From an uncultured Chloroflexia bacterium (GTDB lineage: Bacteria > Chloroflexota > Dehalococcoidia > SM23-28-2), in the NCBI GenBank assembly GCA_963701285.1, contig OY969584.1, positions 1,979,877-2,043,876 of the forward strand: 64,000 bases of DNA. The letters run 5' to 3'. The notes beneath the pieces are model-generated. The model saw nothing but the letters and a program-made list of their open reading frames with translations, was not told where the DNA came from and searched no databases. A program made the translations under genes and the position numbers. This document shows positions 19,881 to 29,723 of the stretch, one piece after another. The first letter of the stretch is position 1; the number at the start of each line of letters is the position of its first letter.

Positions 19881-19929
19881 AAAAAAACGCGGTCATGCCA
19901 ACGGAATTCCCATAAGACGTTGGCATGAC
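19881..19929 (-). terminator. rho-independent terminator on the minus strand (12-bp stem, then U7)
   Basis: Minus-strand read gtcatgccaacg-tcttatgggaattc-cgttggcatgac-cgcg-TTTTTTT. No annotated minus-strand gene ends upstream of it. Confidence 0.5.
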
Positions 19930-20226
19930 GCCCCCCGGTCGGCGTCCCGTCAGATTCACACGTTCACCGCCGCTCATCGGCGCGGCCTCGGCGTAGTGAT
20001 AGAAGCGGGGCTCCATGTCGTCGAAGTCGATGTGCTGCGTGGTGGCACTGGCACGCCTTGGGGTTCTTGGAGCAGTTGCAGTGGTTGCAGTTGAAGGTGC
20101 GTTTGACCGCATCGTCGGACGGCGGACCGTGGGTCGCGTGCCATAGCAGGTTCGCCCAGATGCCGCCACGCCGCGCCTTCGGCGCGGAGCGACCCGCGCC
20201 GCCCTCGTGCTATCCTGGTTCTCGTC

Positions 20227-22584
20227 ATGCCTGAGTCGCTGCTGTGGTGGGGTGCCGTCCAGCTCATCGCCGTCGCCGCCACGCCCATCGCCTTCGCCCT
20301 GTTCCGCTGGCTCCCCGACCGCGGCTACGTCTTCAGCAAGTCGCTGGGCCTGATCCTGGTGGCCTACGTCTTCTGGGTCGGCGGCCTCACCGGCCTCCTC
20401 CCCAACGAGCGCGTCTCCATCCTGGGCATCGTCGGCGTCCTCGCCGCCGTCTCGGCGGTGGTCACCTGGCGGACGCGCGCCGAGCTGGCCGCCTTCCTGC
20501 GAGAGAACTGGTCGTACGTCCTCTTCGCCGAGGCCCTGTTCGCCACTACCTTCGCCGTAGCCGCCGTGCTCCGCTCCTACGTCCCCAACATCGATAGCGG
20601 CGAGAAGCCGATGAATTTCGCCTTCCTCAATGCCCTCCTGCGCGCCGATTCCTTCCCGCCCCAGGACCCCTGGCTCTCCGGCCACACCATCAGCTACTAC
20701 TACTTCGGCCACCTGATGGTCGCCGCCCTGACGAAAGTCACCGCCATCGAGCCGGCCATCGCCTTCAACCTCGGCGCCGTCCTCCTGGCAGCGCTGGCCG
20801 TGGTCAACGTCTTCGCGCTGGTCTATAACCTCGTCGCAGGCAGAGGCGGGGCAACGCGAGCCCTCGTCTTCGGGCTGGTGGCGGTGCTATTCATGGCCAT
20901 CCTCGCCAACCTGGAGGGCCTCTTCGAGCTGCTGGCCGCCCACGGCGTCGGCTCCACGGCCTTCTACAGCCACCTGGGCATCGTGGGGTTGGACGGCCCC
21001 CGTTCCACCGACGCCTGGTACCCCACGGAGCCCTACTGGTGGTGGCGGGTGACCCGCATCGCCAGCAACTTCGACCAGCGCGAGTTCCCGTTCATCGCCT
21101 TCCTGGGCGGCGACATCCACGCCCACGTGAACGCCCTCCCGTTCGACCTCATGGTTCTGGGCCTCGCCTTCAGCCTCCTGCGCTCGCCGCAGGAGCTGAG
21201 CCATCGCTTCTGGCTGCGCAGCCCCTGGTGGCTGGCGGTGATGGCCCTTGTCGTCGGCGGGCTGGGCTTCCTCAACACCTGGGACCTGCCCACCTTCTTC
21301 GCCATCGTAGCGTGCGCCGTGCTGGCCCAGAACTTCCTGCGCGAAGGGCGACTGAACGTCGCCGCCCTCCTCCGCTCGGCGGGCTTCCTGGCGCCGCTGG
21401 CCATTCTGGCCGCCGTCATGTTCCTGCCGTTCTATGTTGGCTTCCACCCTGTTGGCGACGGTATCCAGCCCATCGAGACGGCGATCGGCAACTTCCCCTC
21501 CGTCGCGGCGGCGACGACGCGGCCGCATCACTTTCTCTACACCTGGGCCCCCCTGCTGGTGGTGGTGACCTCGTTCGCGGTCGCCGCCGGAGCCCGCTGG
21601 CGCCGCCCGCGGGCTCCGGCGGCGACCGCGCTGCTGCCCGGCTTGGCGCCCATCGTCATTTGGGCGGGCGCCGTCGGCCTGCGGCGCGGCCTCGGCGGGC
21701 TGCTCGACGAGATCGCTACCCGTGGCGCCAGTTGGGCCACGGCGGCGATGCTCGTCGCCCTGCTGGCCATCGTCGCCTTCGCCCTCGCCCGACACCTCGC
21801 CCAGAGCCGCGAGGAGGAGGGCGCCGACGCCACCACCTTCGCCCTCCTGGCGGCCGGCGTCGGGCTGATGCTCATCCTGGGCATCGAGTTCTTCTGGGCC
21901 CAGGACCCGGTGAACCTGCGCACCAATACCATGTTCCGGCTGGGCTTCCAGGCCTGGGTGCTGCTGGCCGTGGCGGCCGCCTTCGGGCTGTACTACGTGA
22001 CCGCCCGCTGGCGCCCGAACGTCCGCTGGCAGCGGGCCGGCCGCTGGGCCTGGGCGGCGGCGATCGCGGTCGTGCTGGCGGCGGGGCTGGTCTATCCGGT
22101 AACCGTCACCTTCTACCGCACCGAGGGCAATCGGATCGACGGCTACCAGGGCTACCGGTCCCTCGACGGCCTAGCCGCCGTGCGAATCTTCGACCCCAAC
22201 GAATACGAGGCCACCCTCTGGCTGCGAGACAACGTGCATGCGACGCCGGTAGTATTGGAGGCCATCGGAGACCCCAACGGCACCGACGGCCGCATCTCGG
22301 AGCGCACCGGCCTGCCCACCGTCCTGGGCTGGCCCGACCACGAGTACCGCTGGCGGGGCTCCTGGGAGCCCCAGGCCGGCCGCCGCGAGGACGTGCAGTT
22401 TGCGTACCAGACTACCTCGGCCTTGGAAGCAGCAAACGTGCTCGAAAAGTACGGCGTCGAGTACGTCTACGTTGGCGGCGCCGAACGAGACGCCTACGGC
22501 GACGCCGGGATGGCCAAGTTCGCCGAGCTGGGTGAAGTTGTCTTCCAGAACGCTGGCGTGACCATTTATCGCATAGACGGCTGA
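20227..22584 (+). CDS. chlor_Arch_YYY / DUF2298 family polytopic membrane protein, paralog 1 (785 aa); putative GT-C-like glycosyltransferase
   Basis: Shares with paralogs 2-4 the motifs FRWLPDRGYVF, EKPMNFAFLNALLRADSFPPQDPWLSGHTISYYYFGH, NLEGLFELLAAHGVG, WYPTE, EFPFIAFLGGDIHAH, TWDLPTF, LPFYVGFHP, HHFLYTWAPLL, and a C-terminal soluble domain ending GVTIYRIDG. Confidence 0.85.
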   Translation: MPESLLWWGAVQLIAVAATPIAFALFRWLPDRGYVFSKSLGLILVAYVFWVGGLTGLLPNERVSILGIVGVLAAVSAVVTWRTRAELAAFLRENWSYVLFAEALFATTFAVAAVLRSYVPNIDSGEKPMNFAFLNALLRADSFPPQDPWLSGHTISYYYFGHLMVAALTKVTAIEPAIAFNLGAVLLAALAVVNVFALVYNLVAGRGGATRALVFGLVAVLFMAILANLEGLFELLAAHGVGSTAFYSHLGIVGLDGPRSTDAWYPTEPYWWWRVTRIASNFDQREFPFIAFLGGDIHAHVNALPFDLMVLGLAFSLLRSPQELSHRFWLRSPWWLAVMALVVGGLGFLNTWDLPTFFAIVACAVLAQNFLREGRLNVAALLRSAGFLAPLAILAAVMFLPFYVGFHPVGDGIQPIETAIGNFPSVAAATTRPHHFLYTWAPLLVVVTSFAVAAGARWRRPRAPAATALLPGLAPIVIWAGAVGLRRGLGGLLDEIATRGASWATAAMLVALLAIVAFALARHLAQSREEEGADATTFALLAAGVGLMLILGIEFFWAQDPVNLRTNTMFRLGFQAWVLLAVAAAFGLYYVTARWRPNVRWQRAGRWAWAAAIAVVLAAGLVYPVTVTFYRTEGNRIDGYQGYRSLDGLAAVRIFDPNEYEATLWLRDNVHATPVVLEAIGDPNGTDGRISERTGLPTVLGWPDHEYRWRGSWEPQAGRREDVQFAYQTTSALEAANVLEKYGVEYVYVGGAERDAYGDAGMAKFAELGEVVFQNAGVTIYRIDG

Positions 22585-22652
22585 ACCGCCTGAGCCAGGC
22601 CGGACGCAAAAGTAGCTGCGCCGGATCCCGCGTGGTATCCTAGGCCCCGATC

Positions 22653-25283
22653 ATGCCTGACTGGGTGCCGATGGTGGCGAAGGCCCTCTTCTGGTCGCTG
22701 AGCCAGCGGCAGACGTACGCGTGGTGGTTCGCCGTCCTGGTGGTGGGGTTGGCCGCCTTCCCGCTGACTTTCGCCTTCTTCCGCTTCCTTCCCGACCGCG
22801 GCTACGCCTTCACGAAGCCGCTAGGCCTGGCGCTGGCGACCTACCTCCTCTGGATCGGGGCGACCGTGGGGATCCTACCCAACAACCGCGGGTCGATCAT
22901 CCTGATCCTGGTGGGGATGGCCTTGGCCTCTCTTGTAGTGGCGTCCCGCCGCCGCGACGAGCTGCGGGCGTTCATCCGTGAGCGCCTGTACTACATCGTT
23001 CTCATCGAAGCCTTGTTTGCCCTGGCCCTGGTTGTGGCCATCTCCCTGCGCTCCTATGTCACCGAGATCAACTGGAACGAGAAGCCCATGGACTTCGAGT
23101 TCCTCAACAGCATCCTGCGGGCCGATAGTTTCCCCCCCAAGGATGCCTGGCTCTCCGGCCAGACCATCCCCATGTACATCTTCGGCCACCACATGATCGC
23201 CACTCTGACGGAGCTCACCGGCATCTCCTCCGCCATTACCTTCAACCTGGGCGTTGCCCTCATCGCCGCCCTGGCCGCCATCGGGGCCTTCGGCCTGGTC
23301 TACAACCTCCTCATAGTGCGGGCTCGAGCCCGCACCGCCATCCTCTTCGGTCTGGTGGCCGTGGGGCTGCTGCTGGTTCTCGCCAACATCGAGGGTGTGT
23401 TCGAGCTCTTCCGGCGTCACGGGATCGGCAACCAGACGTTCTACAACCTGCTGGGCATGAACGGCCTGGACGGCCCCATGGACTGCGGGAAGTACCCGGG
23501 CAACTGCACCGAGTGGTACCCCACCGAGTGGTTCTCCACCTGGTGGCGAGCTACCCGAGTGGCCACCGACTATGATTGGCGCGAGTTCCCCTCCTTCACC
23601 TTTGTCATGGGTGACCTGCACGCCCATCTGTTATCCATACCTTTCGTGCTGATGGCGATGGGCGTTGCCCTCAACACCCTGCGCTGGCGGGGCCCGCTGG
23701 CCGCTCCTATTTGGGCGGGCATCCCTCAACGGCTGAGGAGTGCCGGCCAACGGTTCGGCCGAAGCAGCACCGGCAGAGCCAGCGATATCGCCGTCTCCTC
23801 GCCGCTACGCCTTCCGTTGCCGGTGTCCTCCGCCGCAGCCGCTGCCTTAGACCTGGGGGCCTCCGCCTGGGAGGGGCTGGCCTTCTGGGTTGCCCATCCA
23901 CTGCGCCTTGTGGCCGCTGGCATCCTGGTGGGTGCTCTGGGCTTCACGAACCTCTGGGACCTGCCGGTCCTCTTCTTCCTGGTCATGGCCATGGCCGCAG
24001 CCCGCAACTACCTGAACGAGGGCCGTCTGAACGCGGCGGTTCTGGGCCAGACCATTGGCTTCGCTATCCCCCTCGCGGGACTAGCGGTTCTCCTCTATGC
24101 CCCCTTCTACCTCGACTTTCACCCGGCGGGCTCAGGCGGCGGCATACTGCCCCTGGAGGTCTACGGGGCACCGGCCGCGGCGAGCCTCGCGACCAAGCCC
24201 CACCACTTCTTCTACTTCTGGGCCACTATCCTCTGGCCGACTGGCAGCTTCGTCGTTGTGGCCCTGGGCAGCTGGCGCCAGAGCAGGTCGATGCTGCGCT
24301 GGGCCATGCTCCCTGCCCTGATTCCTTTCGCCCTTTGGGCCTTCCTGGTGACAGCACACGAAGGGCCGGTGGGGTTTGCGCACGAGGTCGCTGCGCGCCG
24401 GAGTTGGTGGCTCACCCTGGCCTTCCTGCTGGCTGCGGTGACTGTAGCCTCCTTGGCCTTCGGACGGTTCCTCAACGCCAGGGCCAGGGAAGACGAAAAC
24501 CAGCAGAGCATGCTCTTCGCTCTGGCGTTGGCCGGCGTAGGCCTGTTGCTCCTCCTGGGCACAGAGCTGTACTGGGCAAAAGACCCCACGGGCTTTCGCG
24601 CGAACACTGTCTTCCGCTTGAACTATCAGGCATGGATTCTGTTCAGCATCAGCGCCGCCTTCGGCCTTCACTACATCCTGTCCAGCTGGCGACTGCCGGA
24701 CATGCTGGCCTTCACACGTCGATTCGCCTGGGTCGCCATCACCATCGTCCTGCTGGGCGCCGGGCTGGTGTACCCGGTCATCGCCAGCATGAACCGCACC
24801 TACGGCTTCACCGTCAACCCCGAACTGGACGGGTTGGCCTTTGTGAGCCGCAGCGAGCCGGAGGAATATGAGGCTCTCCGCTGGCTGCTGGAGAATGTGA
24901 AAGGGACGCCGGTCATTCTGGAGACGGTGGGCAGCGACTATCTCTTGTTTGGCCGCGTGTCCTCCCGCACGGGTATCCCCACCGTCCTGGGCTGGCCAGA
25001 CCACGAGTGGCGCTGGCGGGGCTCGTGGCAACCGCAAGGCGGCGAGCGGCCGAAGGACGGCTCGTGGTGCCCGTCCGTGAGGTGCTTCGATGTGGAGCGA
25101 GCCTATAAGACTACCTCCCCGGAGGAGGCGCGGGCCATCCTCGAAAAGTACAACGTCGAGTATGTCTACATAGGTGGGCTGGAGCGCCAGCAATACGGGG
25201 AAGAAGGGCTGGCCAAGTTCGCCGACCTGGGCAAGGTCGTCTTCCAGAACGCCGGGGTGACCATCTATCGCATAGGCGGCTAA
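22653..25283 (+). CDS. chlor_Arch_YYY / DUF2298 family membrane protein, paralog 2 (876 aa)
   Basis: Same motif set (FRFLPDRGYAF, EKPMDFEFLNSILRADSFPPKDAWLSGQTIPMYIFGH, GDLHAH, LPFYLDFHP, GVTIYRIGG). Extra Ser/Ala/Pro-rich loop insert. Confidence 0.85.
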   Translation: MPDWVPMVAKALFWSLSQRQTYAWWFAVLVVGLAAFPLTFAFFRFLPDRGYAFTKPLGLALATYLLWIGATVGILPNNRGSIILILVGMALASLVVASRRRDELRAFIRERLYYIVLIEALFALALVVAISLRSYVTEINWNEKPMDFEFLNSILRADSFPPKDAWLSGQTIPMYIFGHHMIATLTELTGISSAITFNLGVALIAALAAIGAFGLVYNLLIVRARARTAILFGLVAVGLLLVLANIEGVFELFRRHGIGNQTFYNLLGMNGLDGPMDCGKYPGNCTEWYPTEWFSTWWRATRVATDYDWREFPSFTFVMGDLHAHLLSIPFVLMAMGVALNTLRWRGPLAAPIWAGIPQRLRSAGQRFGRSSTGRASDIAVSSPLRLPLPVSSAAAAALDLGASAWEGLAFWVAHPLRLVAAGILVGALGFTNLWDLPVLFFLVMAMAAARNYLNEGRLNAAVLGQTIGFAIPLAGLAVLLYAPFYLDFHPAGSGGGILPLEVYGAPAAASLATKPHHFFYFWATILWPTGSFVVVALGSWRQSRSMLRWAMLPALIPFALWAFLVTAHEGPVGFAHEVAARRSWWLTLAFLLAAVTVASLAFGRFLNARAREDENQQSMLFALALAGVGLLLLLGTELYWAKDPTGFRANTVFRLNYQAWILFSISAAFGLHYILSSWRLPDMLAFTRRFAWVAITIVLLGAGLVYPVIASMNRTYGFTVNPELDGLAFVSRSEPEEYEALRWLLENVKGTPVILETVGSDYLLFGRVSSRTGIPTVLGWPDHEWRWRGSWQPQGGERPKDGSWCPSVRCFDVERAYKTTSPEEARAILEKYNVEYVYIGGLERQQYGEEGLAKFADLGKVVFQNAGVTIYRIGG

Positions 25284-25297
25284 GCCACCTCCATGCT

Positions 25298-27697
25298 ATG
25301 CTAGGCGCCGTCATGCCGGAGCCGGTGGCGTGGTGGTTGGTTCTGGAGGTGATGGGCGCCATCGCCTTCCCCATCGCCTTCGTCCTCTTCTCTTCCCTGC
25401 CCGATCGGGGCTATGCCTTCGCCAAGGTCTTCGGCCTGCTGTTCGTGGGCTATGGCCTGTGGATGGGCGGCGTTGCCGTATCGTTGCCCAACAACCGCTG
25501 GTCCATCTTCGCCCTGATGGGCCTGGTCCTGTTGGTCAGCCTCGCTCTGGCCTTCCGGCGTCGCCGTGAAATGGGCCGCTGGCTGGTCGCCAACTGGCGC
25601 TACCTCCTCGTGGCCGAGGTCGTCTTTCTTGTGGCCTTCGCCTTCTTCGGCCTGCTGCGCGCCTACATGCACGACATCAACTACGGCGAGAAGCCGCAGA
25701 ACCTGGCCTTCCTAAACGCCGTGCTCCGCAGCGATACCCTCCCCGCCTACGACCCCTGGTACTCCGGCCACAACCTGAGCTACTACTACCTGGGCCACCT
25801 GACGGTGGCGGTCTTGGCTCGCCTCACCAGCACACCCGCCAGCATCGCTTTCAACCTGGGCTCGGCCACTATCGGCGCGCTGGCGGCGGTGGCCGTGTTC
25901 GGCATCGGCTACAACCTGGTGGCCGGCGGCGGCCGCCTTGTGCGAGGAGTAGTGGTCGGCGCCGTCGCGGTCGTCCTGCTGCTCATCGTGTCCAACCTGG
26001 AGGGCCTCTTCGAGCTGCTGGCCGCCCACGGCGTCGGGAACCAGGCTTTCTACGATTGGTGGCAGATCCACGGCCTCGACGGCCCCCGCAGCACCAGCAG
26101 GTGGTATCCCACCGAGTTCTGGTGGTGGGGGAGGGCCGCTTTCGTGGCCGACACTACCGACGGCCGCGAGTTCCCGTTCACCAGCTTCCTTTTCGGCGAC
26201 ATCCACGCCCACACCGCTGCCTTACCCTTCGTCCTCCTGTCGGTGGGCCTCGCCCTGAACGTCGCCCGCTCGCCCGAGGGGCTGGACTGGCGCTCCTGGG
26301 CCCGCCGGCCGGGGGTGCTGCTGCTGGCGGCGCTGGCCCTGGGCAGCCTCGCCTTCGTCGACGCCGTCGACCTGCCCACCTACGGGGCGCTGGTGGCGCT
26401 GGCGGCGTTCGTGGCCTGCTACGCCGGCCAGCGCCGCCCGGCGATGAGCGCCGCCGGGCGCGCCCTTGCGTACATGGCGCCGCTGGGGATCGTCGCCGTG
26501 CTCCTCTACCTACCGTTCTACCTGGACTTCCATCCGGTGGGCCAGGGCGTCCAGCCTCTGGAGGCAGCCACCCGCGCCAGCTGGGCCACCCTGCGGGGCA
26601 CAGTGACGCGGCCCACCCACTTCCTCATCCTCTGGGGGCCACCCGTTTGGCTGGCCTGCACCATGGCCGGCGTCGCCCTGGCCGCGCTGGGGCGCCGGGC
26701 CATCTCGCGGGCGGCCGTGGGCTGGGCCTCCCTGGCCTGGGCCGTCCCCGTCGGCCTGTGGGCGATGATGGTCCTTTTGCGGCGGGCGCCGTGGGGCCTG
26801 GCCGATGAGATCGCCACACGCGGCTACGCCTGGATCACCGCCGCTTTCCTGGCAGCGTTGGTCGGCGCCCTAGCCCTGGCTCTCGGCCGCCACCTCCGCG
26901 CCGCGCGCGATGAGCCAGCCCCCGACCGGAGCCTCCTCTTCGCCCTAACGGCGACGGGTCTGGGCGCGCTCCTCCTCCTGGGCATGGAGTTCTACTGGAT
27001 GCAGGACCCCCTCGGCTACCGCCAGAACACGACGCTCCGGCTGGGCTACCAGGCGTGGGTGCTTTTGGCGGTGGGCGGGGCCTTCGCGTTGTACTATCTG
27101 GTGTCGCGCTGGCGGCCGGCAAGCCTGCCCTCCGCCCTGGGACGCGCCGGCTGGACGGCGGGCAGCGTCATCGTGCTGGGGGCAGCCCTCATCTTCCCCG
27201 TGGCCGCCACGTTCTACATCGGTAACGACTTCCAGGACCCCCGCGTGCTGGATGGCCTGGCCTTCGAGCGCCTCCAGAACCCCGACGAGTATGCCGCTGT
27301 CCGCTGGCTCCAGGAGAACATCCAGGGCGCGCCGGTCGTGCTGGAGGGCGTGGGCACGGACTACGACGCCAACGCGGCGCGCGTCTCCACCCGCACGGGC
27401 TTGCCCACCGTCCTGGGCTGGCCCCAGCACGAGTACCGCCTGCAGGGCACCTGGGATCCCATAACTGAGCGCCAGCAAGACGTGGAGACGGCCTACAACA
27501 CGACCTCGCTGGCAGAGGCCCAGGCCATCCTGGACAAGTACGACGTGCAGTACGTCTACGTGGGCGACTTCGAGCGCGAGACGTACGACGAGGCGGGGCT
27601 GGCCAAGTTCGCCGCGCTGGGGCAGGTGGTCTTCAAGCAGGACAAGGTCACGATCTACGAGGTGACGCGCGGGGAAGCGGCTGCTAGTGAGCGATGA
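25298..27697 (+). CDS. chlor_Arch_YYY / DUF2298 family membrane protein, paralog 3 (799 aa)
   Basis: Same motif set (LPDRGYAF, EKPQNLAFLNAVLRSDTLPAYDPWYSGHNLSYYYLGH, GDIHAH, LPFYLDFHP, KVTIYEV). Start may be M6 (MPEPVAWW). Confidence 0.85.
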   Translation: MLGAVMPEPVAWWLVLEVMGAIAFPIAFVLFSSLPDRGYAFAKVFGLLFVGYGLWMGGVAVSLPNNRWSIFALMGLVLLVSLALAFRRRREMGRWLVANWRYLLVAEVVFLVAFAFFGLLRAYMHDINYGEKPQNLAFLNAVLRSDTLPAYDPWYSGHNLSYYYLGHLTVAVLARLTSTPASIAFNLGSATIGALAAVAVFGIGYNLVAGGGRLVRGVVVGAVAVVLLLIVSNLEGLFELLAAHGVGNQAFYDWWQIHGLDGPRSTSRWYPTEFWWWGRAAFVADTTDGREFPFTSFLFGDIHAHTAALPFVLLSVGLALNVARSPEGLDWRSWARRPGVLLLAALALGSLAFVDAVDLPTYGALVALAAFVACYAGQRRPAMSAAGRALAYMAPLGIVAVLLYLPFYLDFHPVGQGVQPLEAATRASWATLRGTVTRPTHFLILWGPPVWLACTMAGVALAALGRRAISRAAVGWASLAWAVPVGLWAMMVLLRRAPWGLADEIATRGYAWITAAFLAALVGALALALGRHLRAARDEPAPDRSLLFALTATGLGALLLLGMEFYWMQDPLGYRQNTTLRLGYQAWVLLAVGGAFALYYLVSRWRPASLPSALGRAGWTAGSVIVLGAALIFPVAATFYIGNDFQDPRVLDGLAFERLQNPDEYAAVRWLQENIQGAPVVLEGVGTDYDANAARVSTRTGLPTVLGWPQHEYRLQGTWDPITERQQDVETAYNTTSLAEAQAILDKYDVQYVYVGDFERETYDEAGLAKFAALGQVVFKQDKVTIYEVTRGEAAASER

Positions 27698-28499
27698 TCT
27701 CCTCGCCGCCGTCCACGCCGATGACGTTGCCCGTCACCCAGGCCGTCCGCTCATCAGATAGCGCCGCGATGGCCCGGGCCACGTCCTCCGTGGTAGTGGT
27801 GCGGCCGCTTGGGTTGAACTGGCCCGCCAAGGTCAGCATTTGCAGGGCGCCGGGGATCTTGCGCAGGGCCGGCGTATCAGTGATGCCGGCCCGAATGGCG
27901 TTGACGGCGATCCCCCGCGAGGCCAGCTCCACGGCCAGGTGGCGGACATGGTATTCCAGGGCCGCCTTGGCGCAGCCCACCGGCCCGTATTGCGGCAAGA
28001 CGCGAGTGGAGCCGGAGCTGGTCATGGCGAACACCTTGCTCCCCGGCCCCAGGAGCCCCCGATAGACCATGCCTTGCACCCAGTAGACCAGGCTGTGCGC
28101 CATCACGTCCAGGGTCATCTCCATCTGGGCCTGGCTCGCCGCCTCCTTGGGGTTGGTCGGCACGTAAGAGCGTAGCGTCCCGAAGGCTAAGGAGTGCATC
28201 ATCACCCGCACGGTGGCCGGCGGGTTCTCCGCCCCCAACCGCTCCTGCATCGCGTCCAGGATCTGGGCCCGCTTCTTGGCATCGGCGGCGTTCATGTTGA
28301 AGAAGATGGCCTCGCGGCCGAGCTCCTGGGCCTGGGCCACCACTCGCTGGGCGTTGGGCAGGGTGGACCGCAGGTCGAGATGCACGCCGAAGATGTGCAT
28401 GCCGTTGCGCGCCAGCTCCAGGGCGGCGGCTGCCCCCATGCCGCTGGACGCTCCCAGGATGAGGGCCCAGCGATCGCGCAAACCGTTGCCGTCGGCCAT
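27684..28499 (-). CDS. SDR-family oxidoreductase (enoyl-reductase-like Rossmann protein)
   Basis: 271 aa; LILGASSGMGAAAALELARNG glycine-rich NAD(P) motif and an SDR core. Lies 3 nt downstream of galU on the same strand. Confidence 0.7.
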   Translation of the reverse strand: MADGNGLRDRWALILGASSGMGAAAALELARNGMHIFGVHLDLRSTLPNAQRVVAQAQELGREAIFFNMNAADAKKRAQILDAMQERLGAENPPATVRVMMHSLAFGTLRSYVPTNPKEAASQAQMEMTLDVMAHSLVYWVQGMVYRGLLGPGSKVFAMTSSGSTRVLPQYGPVGCAKAALEYHVRHLAVELASRGIAVNAIRAGITDTPALRKIPGALQMLTLAGQFNPSGRTTTTEDVARAIAALSDERTAWVTGNVIGVDGGEEIIAH

Positions 28500-28502
28500 G
28501 TC

Positions 28503-29408
28503 TCACGCCCCCTGGCCGGCCGCCGGGCCGGGCCGGACGCCCTCGCGGGCCAGCAGCTCGCGCAGATAGGCCACCACCTCCGGCGCCAGGTCCGGCCGCC
28601 GCAGGGCCATCGCTAGGTTGGCCTTCAGGAAGCCGATGGGCCGCCCAACGTCGAATCGCTCGCCGGCGAAGCGACAGGCGTAGACCGATTCGACCTCCAG
28701 CAGCAAACCCAGGCTGTCCGTAAGCTGGATCTCGCCGTTCGCCCCCGGCGGCGTGCGCTCGATGATCGGGAAGATGGCCGGTGTCAGCACCAGGCGTCCC
28801 ACCGCCCCCAGGTCCGACTTCGCCTCGGCTGCCGGCGGCTTCTCCACGATGCTTAGCACCTGATAGACACGCTCCTCCAACTCCTTGGGCTCGATGACGC
28901 CGTAGTGGGGCAGCTCCTCCCGCGGCAAACGCTCCACCGCCACCACGCTCCCGCCGTAGCGGTCGTAGACGTCCATGAGCTGGCCGACGGCCGGGACGTC
29001 ACTTTGAATGATGTCGTCAGGGTAGAACAGGGCGAAGGGCTCGTCGCCGATGAGGTGGCGGGCAACCATTACGGCGTCGCCGATGCCCCGCCGCTCCTTC
29101 TGTCGGACGAAGGCGATGTCGGCCAGCTCCGCCAGCCGCCGCGTCTCCTCCGCCTGCTGATGGCACCCCTTCTCCCCAAGGAAGGCCTCCAGGTCTGCCA
29201 GGCGGTCGAAGTGATCCTCTACCGCCCGCTTGTTGACCGCCGTGACCATGATGATCTGCCGGAGGCCAGCCTGCACCGCCTCCTCCACCACGTACTGGAT
29301 GGCCGGCTTGTCCACCAGAGGAAGCATCTCCTTGGGGACGGCCTTCGTGGCGGGCAGGAAGCGAGTGCCGTAACCTGCCGCGAGGATGACCGCCTTGCGA
29401 ACGCGCAT
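28503..29408 (-). CDS. galU: UTP--glucose-1-phosphate uridylyltransferase
   Basis: MRVRKAVILAAGYGTRFLPATKAVPKEMLPLVDKPAIQYVVEEA...; canonical GalU. Confidence 0.9.
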   Translation of the reverse strand: MRVRKAVILAAGYGTRFLPATKAVPKEMLPLVDKPAIQYVVEEAVQAGLRQIIMVTAVNKRAVEDHFDRLADLEAFLGEKGCHQQAEETRRLAELADIAFVRQKERRGIGDAVMVARHLIGDEPFALFYPDDIIQSDVPAVGQLMDVYDRYGGSVVAVERLPREELPHYGVIEPKELEERVYQVLSIVEKPPAAEAKSDLGAVGRLVLTPAIFPIIERTPPGANGEIQLTDSLGLLLEVESVYACRFAGERFDVGRPIGFLKANLAMALRRPDLAPEVVAYLRELLAREGVRPGPAAGQGA

Positions 29409-29453
29409 TCAACGCCCCTTGTCAGCCCCCATCCGCGCTATGCGCCGCTGCCG

Positions 29454-29723
29454 TCAGGCGCGCGCCTTGCTCAATACGCGGAAGCCGAAGAGCAACAGTA
29501 TCGCGCCGACCACGGACAGGAATATCGTCCCAATGTCGAAGTCATCGACGCCGTTACCGAGGCCAAGAGCGATGGAGATGAAGCCGCCAACGATCGCCCC
29601 TGCGATCCCAAGGAGGACAGTGAGGATAAGGCCAAAAATGCCACCTGGCAAGGTGTCCGCCATTAGCAGTCTGGCTATCCCCCCGCCAATCAGCCCAACC
29701 AGGAGCCAGGCAAGGATATTCAT
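29454..29723 (-). CDS. GlsB/YeaQ/YmgE-family small membrane protein (89 aa)
   Basis: MNILAWLLVGLIGGGIARLL... with Gly-rich TM helices. ATG at 29723 with AAGGAGATGG 7 nt upstream. Confidence 0.7.
   Translation of the reverse strand: MNILAWLLVGLIGGGIARLLMADTLPGGIFGLILTVLLGIAGAIVGGFISIALGLGNGVDDFDIGTIFLSVVGAILLLFGFRVLSKARA

Noticed and set aside
19617-19928. 103-aa plus-strand ORF overlapping the 19475..19783 minus-strand ORF
   Set aside because: It has no RBS or domain and runs into the minus-strand terminator hairpin. The minus-strand ORF, with its coiled-coil plus TM organisation, is marginally more protein-like; neither is strongly supported.
20048-20170. Cys/His-rich small protein gene (FNCNHCNCSKNPKACQCHH) on the minus strand
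   Set aside because: The frame has no ATG/GTG/TTG between the upstream stop and the Cys-rich segment, and there is no RBS. It is kept only as a finding about the region, not as a gene.
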